Assembly: GCA_023144005.1 (NCBI GenBank)
Contig: JAGLGN010000032.1
Span: forward strand, 5,606 to 69,605
Origin: a bacterium
Lineage (GTDB): Bacteria > AUK180
Length of the DNA stretch: 64,000 nt
Direction: 5' to 3'
Below are positions 56,955-64,000 of this stretch, piece by piece (the first letter of the stretch is position 1; every line of letters starts with the position of its first letter). The notes under the pieces were generated by a model. That model was not told where the DNA came from, searched no databases, and was given only the letters and a program-made list of their open reading frames with translations. The translations under genes and the position numbers were made by a program.

Positions 56955-58692
56955 AACCCTCGATCTTCATCATATTGTATTCCTGAAGCAGATGCGCGAA
57001 TTCACCCCAAAGTATTCTACTTTTAATAAGCTTCTTAATAATATTCTGAAGCTTGGCGTATGTGTGTGTCTCTTCAAGGTTCTTGAAACCGACTTCAATA
57101 AGTTTGTTGATCTCAACAAAGAAAAGGTATTGGATCACATTGGACATTCCCGGAGGCGAATCCCTGTTCTTGTCAATATGAAGATTGATCACATCGATCT
57201 TGGGTATTTTCTCACTCGGGATGCTCTTTGCCTTAGCGATCTCCCTCAACTGCTGCATCATTTCCTGTGTATCTCCCCAATCCTTGGTGAGTATCATACC
57301 AACATCAAGATCATATTCAATATCTCCGGAACCGGTGGTATTATGCATTGTAGGGCGCTCATAACTTTCTTTTTCATCAAGCTTACACCCTTCCCTGTCC
57401 AAGGAAGAGATCGCCCAGATCGGACAGTTCAAGGAAAGTGAGAGTTCAGAAAGGCCCGAAGATATCCTATTGATCCTGGTCTGAGGATCGGTGATATGAG
57501 ATTCCAGAGGCATCTTCTGAAGATAATCTATGAAGATCGCTATCTCATCTGTCTCAAATTCATGGAGGACATTGTAGGCATGAGATTCTATCCTTTCAAA
57601 ATTCTCTCTCTGACCGCCTTCGATCAGGAAAATATAGTTCATGAAAGCTTCTGTTGAATGCCATCCCTTTATGAATTTATTCTTGATAAGTTTATCTTCC
57701 ATGATATTCTTGGTCTGGAGCACGGTGGGATTCACCAAACTCTCTTTGGATAGAATTCTCAAAGTAAGAACGCGCTGCGTCTGTTCCCAGGAATAGTAAA
57801 GAACGGGGATCTTGTTTTGTGCAGCGACATGAGAGGCTATGGCAAGAGAGAAATTGGTCTTGCCCCTTCTGGGCGCGCCCAATAAACCGTAATAGAATCC
57901 CTTTCTCAAGCCGGAAAGTACCTTATTGAGTGTATTGAAGGGTTTTATGGAGTAACCCATCACTCCGTCCAGCAATTCTTCTTTTCTCGTTCTGATCTCA
58001 CTCTCCAATTCGTACAGATTGTATTTCATGGGCATGATAACTTCATGGAATTGCATCTTCTGCAGAGAGATCAGCTGATGCCCCAGTTTACCGGCAAAAT
58101 CAGCGACATCGATCTTATTTGATGATGTGGAGAGAAGATATTCCTCTATTTTTTCGCGAACTTCTTTCAGCTTATCCTTACCAGCCCTCATCTTCATGAT
58201 CTCAATATAAGTCATTACCTGCGAAAGCTGCGGTGGATCCACATTCCTTAATTTGGTGTAGAATTTCTGCATCTCAATGGTATAATAGTTACGAGGGATC
58301 AGTTCGTTCTTTATGGATTCATAATCAATGACCGAATCCTCTCTTTTACTGTCAAAGAACTCAAAGATGACATTACAGACTATTCTCGACAGTTTCGATC
58401 TCAGCAGAAACGGCTTGAAACCCTTTTCGATGGCGGTGGAGATCAGGAACCTATCCTGCAGGAAACCGGCGAGGATCTTTATTTCCTCTTCTTCATAGCT
58501 CTCCGTTTCCTCCGGGGATAAATATTCCTCTTCTTCCTCTATGATCGGCCTCTGCTCCTCTTTCTTTAAAACAGGAGCTTCTTCCTTCTTCTCTTCCTTT
58601 GCTTCACCCTTCTTAAGGGGATTATCCTTAATGAATTCCGCAAATAGATCTTCCGGATTGACCTTCTTCTTGTTATCTTTCTTCTCTTCCAT
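56947..58692 (-). CDS. Divergent DnaB-family helicase-like ATPase with an acidic/Lys-rich N-terminal extension
   Basis: 581 aa. Low-complexity N-terminus of about 90 aa. DnaB-N-like helical region. RecA-fold with H1 GAPRRGKTNFSLAIA, H2 IFIDYLQKM, H4 SSLDREG...GSGDIEYDLDVGMIL. Confidence 0.55.
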   Translation of the reverse strand: MEEKKDNKKKVNPEDLFAEFIKDNPLKKGEAKEEKKEEAPVLKKEEQRPIIEEEEEYLSPEETESYEEEEIKILAGFLQDRFLISTAIEKGFKPFLLRSKLSRIVCNVIFEFFDSKREDSVIDYESIKNELIPRNYYTIEMQKFYTKLRNVDPPQLSQVMTYIEIMKMRAGKDKLKEVREKIEEYLLSTSSNKIDVADFAGKLGHQLISLQKMQFHEVIMPMKYNLYELESEIRTRKEELLDGVMGYSIKPFNTLNKVLSGLRKGFYYGLLGAPRRGKTNFSLAIASHVAAQNKIPVLYYSWEQTQRVLTLRILSKESLVNPTVLQTKNIMEDKLIKNKFIKGWHSTEAFMNYIFLIEGGQRENFERIESHAYNVLHEFETDEIAIFIDYLQKMPLESHITDPQTRINRISSGLSELSLSLNCPIWAISSLDREGCKLDEKESYERPTMHNTTGSGDIEYDLDVGMILTKDWGDTQEMMQQLREIAKAKSIPSEKIPKIDVINLHIDKNRDSPPGMSNVIQYLFFVEINKLIEVGFKNLEETHTYAKLQNIIKKLIKSRILWGEFAHLLQEYNMMKIEGFE

Positions 58693-58707
58693 AATGATTT
58701 CTCCTGT

Positions 58708-59139
58708 CTACTCGATCTCAAAAATAGGCTGGTCGTATTCCAGACTTTCGCCGCTCTCGACCAGAACCTTAACGATCTTCCCGCTCATTTCGGCTTTGAT
58801 CTCATTGAAGATCTTCATCGCCTCGATTATACAAACAACGGTGTCGTCATTGATGGTATCCCCCACCTTCACATAATCAGGTGATTCCGGAGAAGGGGTA
58901 CTGTAAAAAGTGCCCGGCATCTTTGCTTTAATAAAACGGGCATTTGAAACCGGTGCTTCAACGACTTGGGGAGTCGGCCCTGACTGGATCAATACCTCGG
59001 CCGGTTTTGACAGTACCTCGCCGTGGGTTATCAGATCACGCTTCAGGCTGAATTTAACACCTTCCTGTTCAATGGTAAGTTCACTGATGTCCGAATCTTT
59101 TAGCATCTGAATGATCTTTTCAATATCATCTATCTTCAT
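58708..59139 (-). CDS. accB: Biotin carboxyl carrier protein
   Basis: 143 aa. Biotinyl-lysine motif CIIEAMKIFNEI. Confidence 0.85.
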   Translation of the reverse strand: MKIDDIEKIIQMLKDSDISELTIEQEGVKFSLKRDLITHGEVLSKPAEVLIQSGPTPQVVEAPVSNARFIKAKMPGTFYSTPSPESPDYVKVGDTINDDTVVCIIEAMKIFNEIKAEMSGKIVKVLVESGESLEYDQPIFEIE

Positions 59140-59148
59140 ATACTCTCC

Positions 59149-59706
59149 CTAAACTCTTTCAACATATGAATTGCTCCTTGTATCAACTTTTATATTGTCC
59201 CCTTCATTTATGAAAAGAGGAACCGTAACTACAAGGCCGGTCTCCAAGGTCGCAGGCTTACTTCCTCCGGAAACAGTATTCCCCCTGATACCCGGCTGGG
59301 TTTCCGCAACTTTCAAAGCAACATGGATCGGGGGTTCCACCATGATTATCCGCTCTTGATAGAAATAACCGGTGATCTTGCCGCCCGCAATAATATAATT
59401 GGCGGTGTTACCGATAACTTCATCATTTAAAAGGTATTGCTCATAGGTCTGTGTGTCCATGAAAACATAATTATCGCCATCGTGATAGGAGTATTCCAGA
59501 TCCCTTCGCTCCACCACAGCGGCCTCAACTTTTTCGCCGGATCGGAATGTTTTTTCGATCACCGCGCCCGTCAGGAGATTCTTCAACTTACTTCTAACAA
59601 ATGCTCCACCCTTTCCGGGTTTTACATGCATGAACTCAACAACGGTAAAAAGGACATCCTTCATCTTGATGACCATGCCGTTTTTGAAATCATTCGATGT
59701 AGTCAC
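59149..59706 (-). CDS. efp: Elongation factor P
   Basis: 185 aa. Conserved KPGKGGAFVRSKLKNL loop region. Confidence 0.9.
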   Translation of the reverse strand: MTTSNDFKNGMVIKMKDVLFTVVEFMHVKPGKGGAFVRSKLKNLLTGAVIEKTFRSGEKVEAAVVERRDLEYSYHDGDNYVFMDTQTYEQYLLNDEVIGNTANYIIAGGKITGYFYQERIIMVEPPIHVALKVAETQPGIRGNTVSGGSKPATLETGLVVTVPLFINEGDNIKVDTRSNSYVERV

Positions 59707-59715
59707 AACTACCTC

Positions 59716-60807
59716 CTAAATTATGGTCAGTTCTTTTGTTATCCCGGAGGACAATGCGACAGCACCGCCATCCGTGATCAAAAGATCGTCTTCAATTCGA
59801 ACGCCGAATTCATTTGGCAAATAGATCCCTGGTTCGTCAGTGAACACCATTCCCGGCTTAAGCCGCCCTCTTGCCGCGCGAGGCGAAAGCCAGGGTTGTT
59901 CATGAACCTCAAGCCCCAGGCCATGACCAAGGCTATGCGTAAAATATTTTCCGTATCCGGCTGATACGATCTCTTTTCTGGCGATCTCATCAACTTTCTT
60001 AAAGGATACATCCTTTTTGACTTTCTCTATAACGCTCTGATTAGCCCTTAGGACTGTGAGGTAAACCTCCTTCATCTTCTGAGTCGGTTGGCCCAGAAAA
60101 AAGGTACGGGTGATATCAGCATTGTAATGTTCATAAACAGCGCCGAAATCCAGAAGGATGATCTCTTTTTCCCTGCATTTAACATCACGGCTCGGTACAC
60201 CGTGAGGCAAAGAAGCTCTGGGGCCGAAAAGGCTAATTATCTCAAAGCCGGAACGCTCACCGCCCGCAGACTTGATCTGATATTCAAGTTCTGCTTCAAG
60301 ATCCTTTTCGGAAATGCCCGGCTTCACAGATTTTATTGTTTCATAGAACGCCTTTTCTGCGATTTCAACCGCTCTCGTTATCTTTGCTATTTCTTCATTG
60401 TCCTTGATCACCCTCAAAGGTGAAAGTAGGCCGGGAACCGGTTTCATCTTGATCTTTGAAAAGACCTTCCTCAGATTTCTGTAGCCGCTGTATGTGATCC
60501 GGTCGGGATCGAATATCACATTTTTCGGAGAAAGCTTTGACATTCTTTCCGCAATATCAGAGAATGCGGCCGCATAAGTTGAAGCAAGGATGACCTTGGC
60601 CTCTTGAATGCCCTTTTTGGCATCCTCAATATAGCGGGAATCGATATGAAGCTCGGCGTGATCAGGAAAAACAGCTAAAATGCCGTCTCCATCTTCACTG
60701 GAACGGAATCCCGTTAAATAAGTCCGGGAAACATTGTCCCTGAAAATAAATAACGAGTCCGGATAAAGCTTCCGGAGTTTGTCCAGGCGTCTCCTATAGT
60801 ATACCAT
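59716..60807 (-). CDS. pepP: Xaa-Pro aminopeptidase (M24B)
   Basis: 363 aa. HSLGHGLGLEVHE metal-binding motif. Confidence 0.85.
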   Translation of the reverse strand: MVYYRRRLDKLRKLYPDSLFIFRDNVSRTYLTGFRSSEDGDGILAVFPDHAELHIDSRYIEDAKKGIQEAKVILASTYAAAFSDIAERMSKLSPKNVIFDPDRITYSGYRNLRKVFSKIKMKPVPGLLSPLRVIKDNEEIAKITRAVEIAEKAFYETIKSVKPGISEKDLEAELEYQIKSAGGERSGFEIISLFGPRASLPHGVPSRDVKCREKEIILLDFGAVYEHYNADITRTFFLGQPTQKMKEVYLTVLRANQSVIEKVKKDVSFKKVDEIARKEIVSAGYGKYFTHSLGHGLGLEVHEQPWLSPRAARGRLKPGMVFTDEPGIYLPNEFGVRIEDDLLITDGGAVALSSGITKELTII

Positions 60808-63454
60808 TGGTTTTTACTTTTTCCGAAAGGAACCTCATTATAGGAATAATGCTGGGTGAATGGATAAATGCCTCGCCTGCGAGGACAAGATATCCATATG
60901 TATCCTTGATGAAAAATGTTTTAATCCCACCAAGCGTAGCAGTGCCTTCCTGAACATCTTCGGCTGAAAGCAGAGAAGCCATCTCATTCTTTTTCTGCTG
61001 GATCTCCGCGAAAAGTGCGGCAAATTTATTGATATCAATATCGGAATCTCCTGTATCTGAAGAAATGATCAAACCGTCTTCGCTGACGATAAATACCATA
61101 TTCACTCCCTCAAAACCTTTGAGCTTAGACATGAGATCTTCGATAGATTCCAACTTTCCTCCAACTCTATTGGCCAGATACATAGGAATGGCAGAGACAG
61201 CCGTCTGCGGGCTGGATATAACAGCAGCGGGCTCTTCAACTGATTCCTCTTGCTGTATCTCGTCTACTATTTCTTCCTCGGCCTCAACTTCAAGCGATTC
61301 TTCCTCGACATCGTCCTCAGAAACCTCTTCTTCCACTTCCTCTTCTTCCACTTCCTCTTCTTCCACTTCCTCTTCTTCTTCTTCTTCTTCTTCTTCAGAA
61401 GAGTCGTCATATGATTCCTCTGCTTCTTCTTCCGCTTCTTCCTCTGGTTCTTCTGTCATCGTATCCTCAAGAAGCTCACCGGGTTTCTGATCGGGAGAAT
61501 ATATTACGGTTTCTTCAGATTCGCCGCCTTCAAAATCATCATCTTCATCAGATTCAGATGCCGCGAAGATCGAATCCAAGGCCTCATCAACCTCCTCTTC
61601 ATCATCTTCGTCCACCGTATCTTCATCTTCGGTTTCCTCAAGGTCTTCGTCCTGGGTATCTTCGATTATATCGCCCTCGGGAGAAAGCTCCTCTTCCAGA
61701 GTAACTTCATCATCATCAGAGGCGGCGAACACATTTTCCTCGTCCTCATCATCCTCGGAAACTTCCGCTTCCTCAGAAAGCTCAAGTTCTTCTTCGTCAC
61801 CGTCTTCTTCAGCAGCAATTTCTTCGGAGGGCTCTTCTGTGGCCTCCTCGTCATCAGTTTCATCTTCGTCTGTGACTTTGTCAAAGAGATCCTCATCGTC
61901 GGCATCCTCATCCTCGGATTCTTCGCTTGCGAAGATATCTTCCTCTGCTACTTCTTCTTCTGTTACTTCTTCTTCTTCAACTACTTCTTCATCCTCTTCC
62001 GGTTCTTCTTCTACTGATTCTTCGTCTGCCGTTTCTTCCTCTATTTCTAACTCTTCGTCTACTTCTTCATCCTCTGTTTCTTCTTTCGGTTCTTCTACTT
62101 CCGATTCTTCTTCCGCCGGTTCTTCCACATCCGCTTCTATTTCTTCATCTGATCCGAATATATCCTCTAAAGCGTCATCTTCTTCAGAAACTTCATCCTC
62201 TTCTGAAAAGAGATCTTCCGCTTCAACACTCTCTTCTTCAGAGGATCCGTCAGCTTCGTCTTCTCCAAAAAGAGCGTCTACATTCTCTTCCGCTTCTTCT
62301 TCCACTTCTGTATCGGAGGGCTCTTCGTCCTCTATAATATCTTCAATATCTCCTGCTGACACTTCTGCTGAATCTTCATCCGCTCCAAAAATATCCTCGA
62401 TATCATCTTCTTCGCTATCCTTTGACTCTTCAGCCGTATCGGGAGAAGCAAAAATATCATCTTCCGCGTCTTCACTTGAACCTTCACCGAAGATATCATC
62501 GAATGCTTCGTCAGAAGAGGGGGCTTCGGGAGTGGATGAGAAGACATCCTTTTTTGAATCATCCGAACTTTCGGGATCTGCTCCAAAGATATCATCAAAT
62601 GCGTCGTCGCCTTTACCGGCCGCGTCCTTATCGCCGCTATCGGTTTCAGTATCGTCCTGATCTGTAACATCATCACTGGCTTCTTCTTCGAAAATATCGC
62701 CGAAGTCACCTTCCTCGGATGCGGCCTGCTCTTCCTTTGGGGCTTCATCAGAACCAAAGATATCGTCAAAACCGCCATCGGCATCCGCAGCTTCTTCCGG
62801 TTCATCACCTTCATCAAAGAGGTCAGCGAATTTATCCTCTACATCATCACCCTCGGCTTCGTCTCCCTCATCCTCAGGTGATTCAAGGTGCTGCAGCATA
62901 TCTTTCGCCTCTTCGTTATCAGCGTCATTGCTCAATATTTTCTCCAGGATCTCCTTTGCCTTATCTTCTTTACCCTTCTCCTCGTACAATCGGGCATTGG
63001 CAACGGTGTAGATCTCGGCATCTGAGGATTCTTCGGGTTCATCGCCCTTTTCAGAAACCTTTGCGCGGAGTTCCTTCAATTCCTCTTCAACCAGCTCATC
63101 ATCCGGATTCTCTTCATAAATAACCTCAAGATGCTTCAAGGCATCTGAAAGGTTGCCCATCTCTTTATAGACACGGGCGATCTGTTGATTCGCCATGTAA
63201 TGGGTGGGTTTATTCTCAAGGATCTTCAGGAATACCTCTTCCGCGTCTTCCAATTGGGCAGCTTCTATCAGCACCTTTCCCTTGACAAGCATTGTCTTAA
63301 GATCACCGGGAAATTCTTCCAGGCATTCATCGGCATACTTAACAGCATTTTCATAATCTTCGCCTTGTCTGTAGTTTTCAATAAGCTTTGAGTAATTTCT
63401 CGGAGAGGGGTCTCCCCTTACAAGGTCGAGCAGATTTTGGAGTTCTTCGTTCAT
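60794..63454 (-). CDS. TPR - poly-Asp/Glu low-complexity (about 600 aa) - Roadblock/LC7-like C-terminal domain protein
   Basis: 886 aa. N-terminal roughly 140 aa TPR-like. Very long D/E-rich tract. C-terminal roughly 120 aa with a Roadblock-like pattern (GVNMVFIVSEDGLIISS...GYLVLAGEAF). Confidence 0.55.
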   Translation of the reverse strand: MNEELQNLLDLVRGDPSPRNYSKLIENYRQGEDYENAVKYADECLEEFPGDLKTMLVKGKVLIEAAQLEDAEEVFLKILENKPTHYMANQQIARVYKEMGNLSDALKHLEVIYEENPDDELVEEELKELRAKVSEKGDEPEESSDAEIYTVANARLYEEKGKEDKAKEILEKILSNDADNEEAKDMLQHLESPEDEGDEAEGDDVEDKFADLFDEGDEPEEAADADGGFDDIFGSDEAPKEEQAASEEGDFGDIFEEEASDDVTDQDDTETDSGDKDAAGKGDDAFDDIFGADPESSDDSKKDVFSSTPEAPSSDEAFDDIFGEGSSEDAEDDIFASPDTAEESKDSEEDDIEDIFGADEDSAEVSAGDIEDIIEDEEPSDTEVEEEAEENVDALFGEDEADGSSEEESVEAEDLFSEEDEVSEEDDALEDIFGSDEEIEADVEEPAEEESEVEEPKEETEDEEVDEELEIEEETADEESVEEEPEEDEEVVEEEEVTEEEVAEEDIFASEESEDEDADDEDLFDKVTDEDETDDEEATEEPSEEIAAEEDGDEEELELSEEAEVSEDDEDEENVFAASDDDEVTLEEELSPEGDIIEDTQDEDLEETEDEDTVDEDDEEEVDEALDSIFAASESDEDDDFEGGESEETVIYSPDQKPGELLEDTMTEEPEEEAEEEAEESYDDSSEEEEEEEEEEVEEEEVEEEEVEEEVSEDDVEEESLEVEAEEEIVDEIQQEESVEEPAAVISSPQTAVSAIPMYLANRVGGKLESIEDLMSKLKGFEGVNMVFIVSEDGLIISSDTGDSDIDINKFAALFAEIQQKKNEMASLLSAEDVQEGTATLGGIKTFFIKDTYGYLVLAGEAFIHSPSIIPIMRFLSEKVKTNGIL

Positions 63455-63484
63455 ATAGGCCCCCTAAAAGGTTTATTATTATTT

Positions 63485-63513
63485 ATTATATACGATATCA
63501 TGCGACAAGTCAA
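63485..63513 (-). promoter_or_regulatory. Sigma-70-like promoter TTGACT-17-TATAAT for the acidic Roadblock protein gene
   Basis: Minus strand reads TTGACT (63513-63508), a 17-nt spacer, TATAAT (63490-63485). About 24-nt leader with an AGGGGG RBS before the ATG at 63454. Confidence 0.45.
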
Positions 63514-63568
63514 GTATTACAGGGATATTTCCCTTTATTTTCTAGTGTGCTCTAATTCATAAATCCGA

Positions 63569-63623
63569 TGACAATGACGCTTCGCAGTGGACCCAGTGGA
63601 CCCAGGGACAAGTGTACCAGTGG
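63569..63623 (-). promoter_or_regulatory. Conserved upstream element, copy B (CCACTGGTAC-ACTTGTCCC-TGGGTCCAC-TGGGTCCAC-TGCGAAGCGTCATTGTCA on the minus strand)
   Basis: Shares 26 of 27 proximal nt with copy A (37237-37282), with one extra TGGGTCCAC unit. Lies 55 bp upstream of the -35. Confidence 0.45.
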
Positions 63624-64000
63624 AGAAGGAATATTGTGAGAACCGGTAAGTATTATATTTGTCATTCTGAAAGAGCGGTAGCGACTGAAGAATCCATCTC
63701 TTCGAGGTACGGGGTACGAAGTGCGCAGTGGGGAAAAGTCGGGATGAAATAAAACTGGATCCCACGGTCGCCAACTCCCTCTGGATGACACTCTCCACTT
63801 CTATATTTTCCCTCCCGCATCCGCTCAACGGGAGCCCGGCAGCGCCGGGCGACCAACCCAAAAGAGTTTTGAACCATTTAAGCGACATTGACATTTTTAA
63901 CGGCAGGAATGAATGGTGGCGAAGCCGAAAATATCCAATTGTCTGAGTGAGCGTTCGTTAGAGCTTTTAGAGGCGGGAACGAATGTTCGAGGAAAAATGA

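Noticed and set aside
56947-58692. DnaB-like gene as evidence of an integrated phage or plasmid
   Set aside because: The flanks are core genes (accB, accC, efp). There is no integrase, repeat boundary, tRNA target or GC shift in the neighbourhood.

Overview
The window is about 64 kb of an anaerobic bacterial chromosome at roughly 40% GC. Nearly every gene is on the minus strand. Two secreted proteases carry type-IX-secretion-like C-terminal sorting domains, which suggests an FCB-superphylum-like lineage; this is inference only.

The left 11.4 kb is one long minus-strand operon encoding an Mrp-antiporter-linked group 4 [NiFe] hydrogenase. It contains a fused NuoC/NuoD catalytic subunit with intact NiFe L1 and L2 cysteine motifs, a NuoB-like small subunit, a NuoH-like subunit, a four-cluster HycB-like polyferredoxin, and a complete mrpA-G set. 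It ends with an extra NuoI-like ferredoxin that runs off the window edge. At its head sits a HydB/AsrA-like FeS protein plus a HydG/AsrB-like FNR-fold (FAD/NAD(P)H plus [2Fe-2S]) pair. That pair suggests an NAD(P)H-coupled, ion-translocating hydrogenase.

Downstream are the conserved smc-ftsY pair, an acyl-CoA dehydrogenase/etfBA operon with a glutaredoxin-like PDO, and a small ars cluster (arsC, a small unknown membrane protein, arsR) beside a striking 34-bp perfect palindrome. Housekeeping genes follow: suhB, a DUF47/PiT phosphate transporter pair, folE2-like, pgsA, rimO, lolA-like, ftsK, uppP, accBC, efp, pepP, panD, and a pta/ptb-like gene. There are two tRNAs, Arg-CCT and Pro-CGG.

Accessory or regulatory content is concentrated in a c-di-GMP neighbourhood: a PAS-GGDEF cyclase with a leaderless consensus promoter, a multi-PAS hybrid histidine kinase, an HD-GYP phosphodiesterase, and an unusual MshEN-TM-(ELDxQx)n-SPOR protein. 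Other unusual items are a sigma-70-family factor fused in frame to APRT with an internal ribosome-binding site, a divergent DnaB-like ATPase inserted between accB and accC, and an 886-aa protein made of TPR repeats, a poly-Asp/Glu tract and a Roadblock-like C-terminus. A tiny unlisted bS22-like basic ORF and a roughly 50-bp conserved element shared by two long intergenic regions upstream of consensus promoters were also found.

No CRISPR array, IS element, integrase or prophage signature was seen.
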